A DNA stretch of 64,000 bases from Patescibacteria group bacterium. Its GTDB lineage: Bacteria > Patescibacteriota > Patescibacteriia > UBA2196. The notes below the pieces were generated by a model that saw only the letters and a program-made list of their open reading frames with translations, was not told where the DNA came from and did not search any database. Shown here one piece after another: positions 25,884 to 33,636 of this stretch. Every line of letters starts with the position of its first letter. The stretch's first letter is position 1. Where the stretch lies: positions 14,734 to 78,733 of the forward strand of contig JAQTPI010000004.1 in NCBI GenBank assembly GCA_028748975.1. Direction: 5' to 3'. Position numbers and translations under genes: made by a program.

Positions 25884-26624
25884 ATGACATTGTTTTATAT
25901 AATTTTGGCCACGCTTTTTATCAGCTTGATTTCGCTTTTGGCGGTTTTTTTATTTTTTAAATTTGGCCTGCATCGCCGGCTGGGAAATTTAATCAGTTTA
26001 TCAGCCGGAGTACTCCTCGCGGTGGCCTGGCTGGACACCTTGCCCGAGGCCTATAAGAACGGCCTGTCTTTTGAAAATTTGGGTTTGACCGTGCTTTTAA
26101 CTATTTTAATTTTATTTTTAGCCGAAGCGACTTTTCATTGGCATTCTTGCCAGCACGGTGATTGTGAAGCGGAAAAACACAAACACTTGGCTTGGTTTAA
26201 TTTGTTTGGCGACGGCTTGCATAATTTCGTGGATGGCGCGGTCATTGCGGCGGCTTTTTTGGCTGATGTTAAACTGGGACTGATTACGACGCTCGCGGTT
26301 TTGGTTCATGAAATTCCGCAGGAACTTTCCGATGCCAGCATTTTGAATTTTTCCGGTTTAACTAAAAAAAGAATTTATGGGTTTAATTTTTTATTCGCAA
26401 TTCTCGCCATGGCTGGCGGAGTGGCGACCTATTGTTTTGTTTTAAAATTTTCCATCATGGCTTATCTTTTGGCCATTGCCGGCGCGAATTTTATTTATCT
26501 GTCCTTGACAGATTTGATGCCTTTGGTGCACGAAGGGAATGAAAGAAAAAAAATTGTGAGTCAGGTGATTTGGTTTTTAATCGGAGTGAGTGTGATTTAT
26601 GGGTTGGGGGTGGTGGCGAAATAG
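25884..26624 (+). CDS. ZIP-family metal cation transporter (ZupT-like).
   Basis: Eight hydrophobic segments, the HEIPQELSDASIL signature (HExPxE) and a His-rich loop HWHSCQHGDCEAEKHKH. Confidence 0.85.
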   Translation: MTLFYIILATLFISLISLLAVFLFFKFGLHRRLGNLISLSAGVLLAVAWLDTLPEAYKNGLSFENLGLTVLLTILILFLAEATFHWHSCQHGDCEAEKHKHLAWFNLFGDGLHNFVDGAVIAAAFLADVKLGLITTLAVLVHEIPQELSDASILNFSGLTKKRIYGFNFLFAILAMAGGVATYCFVLKFSIMAYLLAIAGANFIYLSLTDLMPLVHEGNERKKIVSQVIWFLIGVSVIYGLGVVAK

Positions 26625-26701
26625 TCGTTTGTCGTTGAATGGCATCGCGGCCCGTATTGTGATACGGTTTACATTTTACGGCTATTAAATAGAATAAATT
26701 T
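26625..26701. repeat. Left inverted-repeat arm of the cassette carrying the four-helix-bundle gene; it begins TAGTCGTTT directly at the upstream stop codon.
   Basis: tagtcgtttgtcgttgaatggcatcgcggcccgtat... matches the reverse complement of the right arm (27098..27155) and both ends of the empty element at 41206..41322. Confidence 0.65.
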
Positions 26702-27145
26702 ATGGAACAGATTCCAATAAAAAAACCAATAATAAGTTTTAGAGATCTTGATGTTTATCAAAATTCTTATCGAGCAAGTATTGTCGTGATGACCAAAATA
26801 ATTCCCGCACTTCCAGCAAATGAGAAATATGATTTAAAAGATCAAATACAAAGAGCGTGTAAAGCAATTCCGCGTTTAATAGCCGAGGGTTTTGCAAAGA
26901 AACATCAGAAATTTGGTTTTCAGAAGTATCTTGATGATGCAATGGCCGAGTGTAATGAAATGATTGTTTGTATAGAACATGTAAAAGATATTTATAGAAT
27001 TCAAACAGATTTATGCGAAGAATTAATTGATACTTATGATAAGTCTGCAAGACAGCTGTTTAAATTAGGTGAGGCATGGTGCAATTTTAAGAATAGGAGA
27101 CGAATGACGATGCCGAATGACGATACGGGTGGCGACGCCGTATAA
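26702..27145 (+). CDS. Four-helix-bundle protein of the '23S rRNA intervening-sequence protein' family.
   Basis: FRDLDVYQNSYRASIVVMT...IQRACKAIPRLIAEGFAKK...YLDDAMAECNEM matches the family pattern (F.DL.VYQ...R...SIP.NIAEG). Its last about 15 codons are encoded by the right IR arm. Confidence 0.7.
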   Translation: MEQIPIKKPIISFRDLDVYQNSYRASIVVMTKIIPALPANEKYDLKDQIQRACKAIPRLIAEGFAKKHQKFGFQKYLDDAMAECNEMIVCIEHVKDIYRIQTDLCEELIDTYDKSARQLFKLGEAWCNFKNRRRMTMPNDDTGGDAV

Positions 27146-27155
27146 CGTAAAACAA
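27098..27155. repeat. Right inverted-repeat arm of the four-helix-bundle cassette.
   Basis: The reverse complement gttttacgttatacggcgtcgccacccgtatcgtcattcg is approximately equal to the left end of the 41206 element (cgttttacgttaaacggcgtcgccgcccgtatcgtttacg). Confidence 0.65.
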
Positions 27156-27180
27156 TTAATAATTTTTTAAGATAAAATAT

Positions 27181-28911
27181 ATGAAACGAATTTTTATTAT
27201 TTTATTTCTGTTTGTATTGGTTTTTCCGTTAGCTACGCGCGCGGAAGAAATTTCTTCGTTTAAGGTGGCGATGGAAGTTAATCCCAACGGGAAGTTTTTG
27301 GTAGTGGAAAAAATCGTTTATGATTTTGGGGTGCCAATGGTGGAGAAGCACGGGATTTATCGCGATATTCCTTACCAATATAAGATAGAAAATAAGACCC
27401 GCGAGATTGGTTTGAAGGTTTTAAGCGTTAAAGACGAAAATGGCGCGTCGGTTAATTACGAAAGAAGCACCGGTAATGGCGTGGTGCGCCTGAAAATCGG
27501 CAAAGCCAATGTTTTGGTTTCTGGCCTTAAAACCTACGTCATTACCTATGAAATTTCGGACGCGGTTAATTTTTTTGATAATCAGGATGAAATCTATTGG
27601 AATGTGACGGGCAACGGCTGGGAAGTGCCGATTATTTTGGCGGAAGCCAGAATTTCCGCGCCGTTTTTTGGCACAGAAAAAGATAAAATTCAAGCCGTCT
27701 GTTATACCGGCGTTTATGGCGCTAAAGACAAAAATTGCCAAATTGGCTGGCAGGGCGAGGAAATAGTTTTAACAGCAGGTTCTTTAGCGGCGAGCGAAGG
27801 GCTTTCGGTGGCAGTGGGTTGGCCCAAGGGCTTGGTGAAAGGGCCATCAGAGGCAAGTATTTTATGGAATAAAATTCGCCAGTTTTTACCATTACTTTTT
27901 CCCATCATTATTTTTATTTATTTATATATTTATTGGAAAAAGCACGGCAAAGATCCGGCTGGGCGCGGCACGATTATTCCGGAATATGAACCGCCAAAAC
28001 AAATGCTCCCGGGTGAAGGCGGAGTAGTGATTGATGAAAAAATGGACACGCGCGACATCACGGCGACGGTGATTGATTTGGCGCGGCGCGGATATTTCAA
28101 GTTGGCAGAAGTGGAGAAAAAAGTTTTGGGAATTGGAGCGGGCAAGGACTGGAAAATTATTAAAACCAAAGAAGCGGACGCCAATTTAAGTGATTTTGAA
28201 AAAGAATTATACGATACGTTTTTATCCGGACGGCAGGAAGTTTTGGTTTCTGATTTGAAACAACAGACAACTGCGCGCCAACATATTAAAAAAATGAAGG
28301 AATTAGTTTATGAAGCAGTAGTGGTTAAGGGCTGGTTTGCGGCTAATCCGGATAAGGCCAGACAAAAATTTGTGGGAATTGGTACGGCAATTATTATTGG
28401 GTTGTTTGTAGCTGGTGGGGCGCTGGGTCTTTTTCAATTTGGCGCGATCATGATTATTTCTTTAATTATTTCCGCAGCCTTGTTTATTATCTTTGGCAAA
28501 TATATGCCGCAGAAAACAGAAGAGGGCGCTTTGGCCAAAGAATATTTGGATGGATTTAAAATGTTTTTAAGTGTGACAGAGAAAGATCGGGTGGAGTTTC
28601 ATTTTTCACCTTCGGCACACCCGGAAAAGTTTGCGGAGTATCTGCCCTGGGCGATTATTTTTGGAGTGGAAAAACAATGGGCGGAAGTTTTCAAAGGTAT
28701 TGATTTGCCGGCGCCGGATTGGTATGAAGGCAATTGGAGCGGAATGTATACAGCGATGATTTTGAGCGATTCGCTCCATTCTTTTGATTCCAATTTTAGC
28801 AAAGCCATGACAGCGGTTGGGGCGAGCGCCGCCGCGGGCGGAGCTTCGGGCTTTGGCGGCGGGGGATTTTCCGGCGGCGGCTTTGGCGGCGGCGGGGGAG
28901 GGAGTTGGTAA
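27181..28911 (+). CDS. DUF2207-like membrane protein with a Gly-rich C-terminus.
   Basis: Signal peptide, a large extracytoplasmic domain, TM helices, a YIYWKKHGKDPAGRGTIIPEYEPP segment and a C-terminal (GGGF)n tail. Confidence 0.65.
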   Translation: MKRIFIILFLFVLVFPLATRAEEISSFKVAMEVNPNGKFLVVEKIVYDFGVPMVEKHGIYRDIPYQYKIENKTREIGLKVLSVKDENGASVNYERSTGNGVVRLKIGKANVLVSGLKTYVITYEISDAVNFFDNQDEIYWNVTGNGWEVPIILAEARISAPFFGTEKDKIQAVCYTGVYGAKDKNCQIGWQGEEIVLTAGSLAASEGLSVAVGWPKGLVKGPSEASILWNKIRQFLPLLFPIIIFIYLYIYWKKHGKDPAGRGTIIPEYEPPKQMLPGEGGVVIDEKMDTRDITATVIDLARRGYFKLAEVEKKVLGIGAGKDWKIIKTKEADANLSDFEKELYDTFLSGRQEVLVSDLKQQTTARQHIKKMKELVYEAVVVKGWFAANPDKARQKFVGIGTAIIIGLFVAGGALGLFQFGAIMIISLIISAALFIIFGKYMPQKTEEGALAKEYLDGFKMFLSVTEKDRVEFHFSPSAHPEKFAEYLPWAIIFGVEKQWAEVFKGIDLPAPDWYEGNWSGMYTAMILSDSLHSFDSNFSKAMTAVGASAAAGGASGFGGGGFSGGGFGGGGGGSW

Positions 28912-28915
28912 ATTG

Positions 28916-28970
28916 TAGTTTATCCCGAGCGAGGCCGATAGCCATCGGCTGAGTCGAGGGATCTCGTGGA
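28916..28970. repeat. Family-A palindromic element (reverse orientation).
   Basis: tagtttatcccgagcgaggccgatagccatcggctgagtcgagggatctcgtgg. Confidence 0.8.
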
Positions 28971-29117
28971 AGAAAAAGGTAATAAGTAACTAGTAATAAG
29001 TAATAAGGAAAACAAAACCCAACGAGAATTACAAAAGCCGCCCCGACATTCGTCGGGGCGGCTTATTATTAAATTTTATTAGCATTATTCGCCCATCATT
29101 CGCAGTATTTGTAAATT

Positions 29118-29306
29118 CTAATCATCAAACTTAAACAGAAAATAAAATGATTTGAATACTTGCCAGCCAAAAGCTAAAACAAAACCGTAATAGATATATT
29201 TGTTTAAACCCATATTTTTTAAAGACGGAAAAAGCAACAAAATTAATCCGCAAAAAATTAATGTGGCCAGAAGAATTACTAAGGTTTGAAATTTTGGTTT
29301 TTTCAT
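29118..29306 (-). CDS. Small membrane protein (about 62 aa).
   Basis: The track ORF 29118..29423 overlaps the upstream gene. The internal start MKKPKFQTLVILLATLIF... at 29306 avoids the overlap and begins a hydrophobic helix. Confidence 0.35.
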   Translation of the reverse strand: MKKPKFQTLVILLATLIFCGLILLLFPSLKNMGLNKYIYYGFVLAFGWQVFKSFYFLFKFDD

Positions 29307-29310
29307 ATAT

Positions 29311-30036
29311 TTAAATTTTTTCAGAAAGTATTTTTCTTTCTTTAAAGCCATTAAGACGATACTTAATACGATTAATTGTGTCTTCAAAATCTTTTTTATC
29401 TTCTGCTTTAAGCCCAATTTCAATCAATTTTTTAATCCCTTCTTTAAATTTTTCTGTAGCTTCTATTTTATGCTCCAAATTCCCAATTTCCATTTGTGTT
29501 ACTTGGGGTAATTTTGAAATAGCATTTTTTATGGTCATTCCAAACTCTTTTACATCTTTATCTGTTTGTTTTAATAAAACTTCCAATTCATTATAAAAAT
29601 TTTGTAAATTATTTTCTATCACCAATAACAAATCTTTACAAAATCCATTTTCAAATTTTTCTTTAGCAGTTGCCAATTCCGCGGCTAATTCTTTGTAAGT
29701 AGCTTCCCGCAGGCGGGTTTCCAATGCCTGAATTTCGGTATTAATTTTTTCACACTTAATTACATTGTTGTTATTGGCCAGCGTTAATAATCTCTGAGCT
29801 TCTTCCATGGAGATTCCAGTTGACATTTCAAAAATAAAACGTTCTCCCTTTTTTGATCCTTGAAGCAGAGCTTTTAATCTGGGTTTTATCTCAAGATATT
29901 TTTTTTCATCTTCAGTTAAAACAGTATTGTAAATATTTTCTTTTTCTTTTTTCTTCTGTTCTAAAAATATCTGAATATCCTCAGTCTTTTCCGCAAAATT
30001 TGTTCGCTCATTAGTTGATGTTTCGGATAATTTCAT
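29311..30036 (-). CDS. Hypothetical coiled-coil protein (241 aa).
   Basis: Long Lys/Glu-rich heptad-like ORF. Confidence 0.55.
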   Translation of the reverse strand: MKLSETSTNERTNFAEKTEDIQIFLEQKKKEKENIYNTVLTEDEKKYLEIKPRLKALLQGSKKGERFIFEMSTGISMEEAQRLLTLANNNNVIKCEKINTEIQALETRLREATYKELAAELATAKEKFENGFCKDLLLVIENNLQNFYNELEVLLKQTDKDVKEFGMTIKNAISKLPQVTQMEIGNLEHKIEATEKFKEGIKKLIEIGLKAEDKKDFEDTINRIKYRLNGFKERKILSEKI

Positions 30037-30047
30037 TTTTTTAGATT

Positions 30048-30121
30048 CGGAGCGGACGGGACTCGAACCCGCGACCTCTTCCGTGACAGGGAAGCGTTCT
30101 AACCAACTGAACTACCGCTCC
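30048..30121 (-). tRNA. tRNA-Asp (GTC).
   Basis: The reverse complement is GGAGCGGTAGTTCAGTTGGTTAGAACGCTTCCCTGTCACGGAAGAGGTCGCGGGTTCGAGTCCCGTCCGCTCCG, a canonical cloverleaf with anticodon loop CTGTCAC. Confidence 0.9.
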
Positions 30122-30132
30122 AAAATTTTCAT

Positions 30133-30251
30133 CCCCTCCTTTCGAAGGAGGGGTGCCGAGTGAAACGAGGCGGGGTGGTTGTGGTAAAAATAATCACACA
30201 ACCCCTCCGGGTTTCGCTCCGCTCAACCCACCTCCCCTTCGAAAGGGGAGG
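30133..30251. repeat. GC-rich structured block bounded by two family-B hairpins (cccctcc-tttcgaa-ggagggg and cctcccc-ttcgaaa-ggggagg).
   Basis: Direct reading. It is related to the hairpins at 4066, 31373 and 36160. Confidence 0.6.
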
Positions 30252-30303
30252 ATAAAATCACAAAACAATTCTATCAAAATAAGTATAGCAAATCAAATTT
30301 TAT

Positions 30304-30332
30304 TTGACAAGTGCCAAAAAATTTGCTATACT
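30304..30332 (+). promoter_or_regulatory. Promoter module copy 3 (TTGACA-17-TATACT).
   Basis: ttgacaagtgccaaaaaatttgctatactta has the same architecture as the modules at 10434 and 11173. Confidence 0.55.
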
Positions 30333-30375
30333 TATAATAGAGGGTAGGAAAAAAGCGTAAAACAAAAACAAAAAT

Positions 30376-30438
30376 ATGAAAATTAAGGTTAAAAATGCGA
30401 CTCCAGCTGTTTATCACCTGACTGTCCGCAAACGATGA
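30376..30438 (+). CDS. Candidate 20-aa peptide (MKIKVKNATPAVYHLTVRKR), or the body of a small RNA, followed by a short GC hairpin and T7.
   Basis: ATG 38 nt after the -10 element; stop at 30436..30438; then gacgc-ttagc-gcgtt, cgg and ttttttt. Confidence 0.3.
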   Translation: MKIKVKNATPAVYHLTVRKR

Positions 30439-30657
30439 CCTGACGCTTAGCGCGTTCGGTTTTTTTATGCTTAAAATAGCCAACAACAAGATTTCCGAGC
30501 TTTTACCTGTTGTTGCCAAAAAACTACCTGTCAAAAATAGGTTAAAATTACTTTGGAAAAAATGGCGGCAATTTCCACCTTGGCAACGCCACCGCCGTAT
30601 TTTGTGGCCATATTAAAAACTAAAACCCCGCCTTACGGCGGGATTTTTTATATTTTT

Positions 30658-31020
30658 TTATTTCACCGCGTCTACGATGGCTTTGAAAACAGCGGGATAT
30701 TTGGCAGCAATTTCAGAAAGAACCTTGCGGTCTAATTCTATATTTTTCTTTTTAAGTAGACCGATAAATTTGGAATAGGAAAGTCCGTGCTCGCGCACCG
30801 CGGCATTGATGCGGATATTAAAAGTGCCGCGCATATCGCGCTTTTTTTGTTTGCGGCCGGAAAAAGCATGCACGCCGGCTTTTTTGATGGCTGTCCGGGC
30901 CAGTTTATTTTGATTTTTTCTTCCCCAGCGGAAACCCTTGACCTGCACGCGCAGCGCTCTGCGGCGGCTGGCTCTAACTCTTCCACGTTTGACTCTTGGC
31001 ATATGTTTTATAACTATCAA
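30658..31020 (-). CDS. rplT: 50S ribosomal protein L20.
   Basis: MPRVKRGRVRASRRRALRVQVKGFRWGRKNQ...AAVREHGLSYSKFIGLLKKKNIELDRKVLSEIA is a clear L20 sequence. Confidence 0.95.
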   Translation of the reverse strand: MIVIKHMPRVKRGRVRASRRRALRVQVKGFRWGRKNQNKLARTAIKKAGVHAFSGRKQKKRDMRGTFNIRINAAVREHGLSYSKFIGLLKKKNIELDRKVLSEIAAKYPAVFKAIVDAVK

Positions 31021-31105
31021 CTAACAACAAACAACTAACAACTTACAATTCGCAACAAACAGCTTGCAATTTGTTGATAATAATTTATTGATTAGACTGA
31101 TACAA

Positions 31106-31297
31106 TTATTTTTTAATAAAAAGAAGCTTTCTGATGACCTTGGCAGAATCTTCTGACAACGACGGATCGCGCCGTTTGTTTAAAGTAATTTTGCCGGATT
31201 CCTTGGCATTCAAGTGGCTTTGGCCGCATTTGCGTTTCATCACCTTGCCGTTTTTGGAAACGGAAAATCTTTTGGAAATAGATTTAATAGTTTTCAT
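31106..31297 (-). CDS. rpmI: 50S ribosomal protein L35.
   Basis: MKTIKSISKRFSVSKNGKVMKRKCGQSHLNAKESGKITLNKRR is L35-like. The track ORF is extended upstream through a repeat region, and the start was chosen at the internal ATG. Confidence 0.85.
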   Translation of the reverse strand: MKTIKSISKRFSVSKNGKVMKRKCGQSHLNAKESGKITLNKRRDPSLSEDSAKVIRKLLFIKK

Positions 31298-31447
31298 ATG
31301 ATAAATAACAGATAGACACAGATGTAAAACAGATAGACACAGATGCACAGATGCTGACGACCTCACCCCCGACCCTCTCCTTATAAAGGAGAGGGGGACG
31401 GAATCTGTGTATTTGTGTAAATCTGTAAAAAATCTGTGATAATTTGT
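31298..31447 (-). promoter_or_regulatory. Structured infC-rpmI intergenic leader, possibly an L20 autoregulatory site. It holds CACAGAT heptamer arrays in inverted orientation around the family-B hairpin ccctctcctt-ataa-aggagaggg.
   Basis: A 21-bp direct repeat (acagatagacacagatg x2) occurs at 31308..31345. The hairpin is at 31373..31395, and atctgtg x4 at 31402..31435. Confidence 0.35.
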
Positions 31448-31999
31448 TTAGTTAATTGGCGCGACTATCAAGGAGAATTTTCCACCCAAGCGCTGGAGCG
31501 GCTGGATTGATTTTGTTTCTCCTAATTTTTTAACGAAATCATTCATGGTTTCGGTGGCCAATTGGCCATGAGCTTTTTCCCGGCCTTTTAAAATCATTTC
31601 CACCTTGACCTGATTTTTTTCTTCCAAGAATTTTTTAGCTTGTTCAATTCTGATGTCCAGATCGGCGCCCTTCATTTTGAAAGTCAGGCGCAGACATTTT
31701 AATTCAGTTTTTTTACTGGCCACTTTTTGCTTGTGCGCCAGTTTTTCCTGCTCGTATTTATATTTGCCGAAATTCATGATTTTGCAAACCGGCGGATTGC
31801 CCTTGGGGTTGACCTCCACCAGATCCAGTTCCGCTTCCGCTGCTTTTTTCAGCGCTTCGGCAATGGCCACCGTGCCCTGACTTTCTCCATTTTCATCAAT
31901 TAAAAAAACTTGCGGCACTTTGATTTGATGGTTGACGCGAGTGAGCTTTTTATCTTCCATTTCCGGCCGTTTAAAAGGCCGGCGACGTTTGATTTGCAT
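31448..31999 (-). CDS. infC: Translation initiation factor IF-3.
   Basis: KVPQVFLIDENGESQGTVAIAEALKKAAEAELDLVEVNPKGNPPVCKIMNFGKYKYEQ and a C-terminal domain, in the conserved infC-rpmI-rplT order. Confidence 0.9.
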   Translation of the reverse strand: MQIKRRRPFKRPEMEDKKLTRVNHQIKVPQVFLIDENGESQGTVAIAEALKKAAEAELDLVEVNPKGNPPVCKIMNFGKYKYEQEKLAHKQKVASKKTELKCLRLTFKMKGADLDIRIEQAKKFLEEKNQVKVEMILKGREKAHGQLATETMNDFVKKLGETKSIQPLQRLGGKFSLIVAPIN

Positions 32000-32088
32000 A
32001 ATAATTTAGTAACAGAGTAATAAAGTAATAAAGTAACAAAGGAGACCACGGGGCACGTAAAATAACTCATTTCATTCGTTACTTTACG

Positions 32089-32485
32089 TGGTGGAGGCGG
32101 CCGGAATTTCACCGGCGTCTAACGTTAATCAATAAACTATTCTACAAGCGTAGTTCGTTTTATGGTTCAACTTTAAGCTTGAAAACGGACAAAACACTTA
32201 AAGTTAAAGCCCAGAGTTTCGCCATTTTTACCGGGCCAGTAACAATGGCTAGTCCACTGTTTATAACACCCAAAACGACTTAGTGAACCTCGGTCGTTTG
32301 GATGGCCATAGGATTTAAGCTATGGCATAAGCCGGTTGAGAAACAAAAGCGTTAGCCAAAGAGGCAACGCCAGCTTTCACCCGGTTATATAGATTGGCAT
32401 TTATAGCCTTTGAGGCGGTTTTACGGGGCACCCCGGCCCGACTTGCTTAATTTAAAGCTTAAAGCTATCAAATTAAAACGCCCCC
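32089..32485 (-). ncRNA. ssrA: Candidate tmRNA (ssrA), about 397 nt, with an encoded CCA.
   Basis: 5' GGGGGCG pairs with 3' CGCCUCC-A-CCA and includes G3:U70. A T-arm GCCGG-UGAAAUU-CCGGC is present. A pseudoknot-like CCGGGGUGCCCCGUAAAACCGCC precedes an internal reading frame ending ...QPAYAIA-UAA (GCC AUA GCU UAA), which resembles tag-peptide termini. smpB lies 0.7 kb away, and a TTGACA-17-TATACT promoter lies 58 nt upstream. Confidence 0.55.
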
Positions 32486-32550
32486 GTAATTTAATTTTTA
32501 ATTTCTAATTTCTAATTTTTAATACTCTGCTTAATACAGGCATCAAGATA

Positions 32551-32579
32551 AGTATAAATCAAGAAGGAAAAAATGTCAA
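32551..32579 (-). promoter_or_regulatory. Sigma-70-like promoter (TTGACA-17-TATACT) reading towards the tmRNA candidate.
   Basis: Minus-strand sequence ttgacattttttccttcttgatttatact. Confidence 0.5.
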
Positions 32580-32762
32580 ATGAGAGATGAGAGATTAGGG
32601 AAGAGAGAAGAGAGAAGAGTGTTTAGTTTACTAATCTCTAATCACTATTCACTAATCGCTGGTTTGACAAAATTTTTTAGGTATGCTACCATAAAAACAA
32701 CAAAAAGCCGCGGAAACGCCGCGGTGGGAGGCAGGTTCACAATTTACAAAAGGAGGTTGGTA

Positions 32763-33110
32763 ATGTGCACTTTTTCTAAAAAAGGTTTTTTAAAGATGGT
32801 CAACGAATTAATTAAACAGACAAAAAACAGAAAACAATCATGGAGGGAGTGTATTTTTCATCCATTGTTTTTTTCTAAATATCATACCGAGTATAAGGAT
32901 GAAGAAATACAAATTGCGAGGTCGTTGTTTTTGGGGTTTTTTATTAGGATTTTATCCGTTGATTATTTTTGTCCAGCTACAGAGGATGGAAAAAGATTAC
33001 TACGAGAATTATATAATCTTGCCAAAACAAGCAATAAAGAGTATTCGCGCCTATCTCACGAAGAAGATCTAAAGACGAAAAGAAAAATATTGGCCAAATT
33101 GGCCCAATAA
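32763..33110 (+). CDS. Hypothetical protein (about 115 aa).
   Basis: Internal ATG preceded by aaaaggaggttggta. The longer track ORF from 32580 would begin inside the divergent promoter. Confidence 0.45.
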   Translation: MCTFSKKGFLKMVNELIKQTKNRKQSWRECIFHPLFFSKYHTEYKDEEIQIARSLFLGFFIRILSVDYFCPATEDGKRLLRELYNLAKTSNKEYSRLSHEEDLKTKRKILAKLAQ

Positions 33111-33158
33111 ATGTTCAATCAAAAAACGCACTCCGGCAAAAGGGGTGCGTATTTTATT

Positions 33159-33599
33159 TTACATAATTTGTCTTTTACTTCTTTCAAACTCTCTTTTCTT
33201 GATGCTTTCTCTTTTATCAAATTTCTTTTTGCCGCGGGCGACGGCGATTTTGATTTTGATTAAATTGTGCGCCAAGTGGACGGAAAGAGGAATAATACTG
33301 ACGGTTTTTTCGTTTTGTTTGCCGAGCAAATAATTTAATTCTTTTTTAGTGAGCAATAATTTGCGGGAACGGTTGGGATCATAGCCTTTTTGCGCGGTCT
33401 TCGCGGGTTTATAGGCGGCAATGTAGGATTTTTCCAAATATGCTTCGCCATGGGCGTTGATGGTGACATAGGCGCCTTTCAAATCAATTTGGCCGGCGCG
33501 GGCGGATTTGACTTCGGGGCCGGTCAAAACCAAACCCGCCTCGAAGGTTTCGAGTATTTGATAATCAAAATTGGCTTTTCTGTTTTCAGCGAGTAACAT
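33159..33599 (-). CDS. smpB: SsrA-binding protein.
   Basis: NRKANFDYQILETFEAGLVLTGPEVKS...GKQNEKTVSIIPLSVHL...ARGKKKFDKRE matches SmpB. Confidence 0.95.
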   Translation of the reverse strand: MLLAENRKANFDYQILETFEAGLVLTGPEVKSARAGQIDLKGAYVTINAHGEAYLEKSYIAAYKPAKTAQKGYDPNRSRKLLLTKKELNYLLGKQNEKTVSIIPLSVHLAHNLIKIKIAVARGKKKFDKRESIKKREFERSKRQIM

Positions 33600-33636
33600 A
33601 CTTTTATTATAGCAAAGAAATAGGTATAATAGATAT

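Noticed and set aside
29118-29423. Overlap of 113 nt between the 101-aa and 241-aa minus-strand ORFs.
   Set aside because: It is resolved by using the internal ATG at 29306 for the small membrane protein. A true overlap in different frames is unlikely.
32090-32160. A tag-like segment (AACGAACUACGCUUGUAGAAUAG) close to the 3' end of the tmRNA candidate that resembles the E. coli tag region (…GAAAACUACGCUUUAGCAGCUUAA).
   Set aside because: Its position, immediately before the T-arm, is wrong for a tag reading frame. The frame ending AYAIA, downstream of the pk1-like segment, is better placed. The similarity is noted as probably coincidental.
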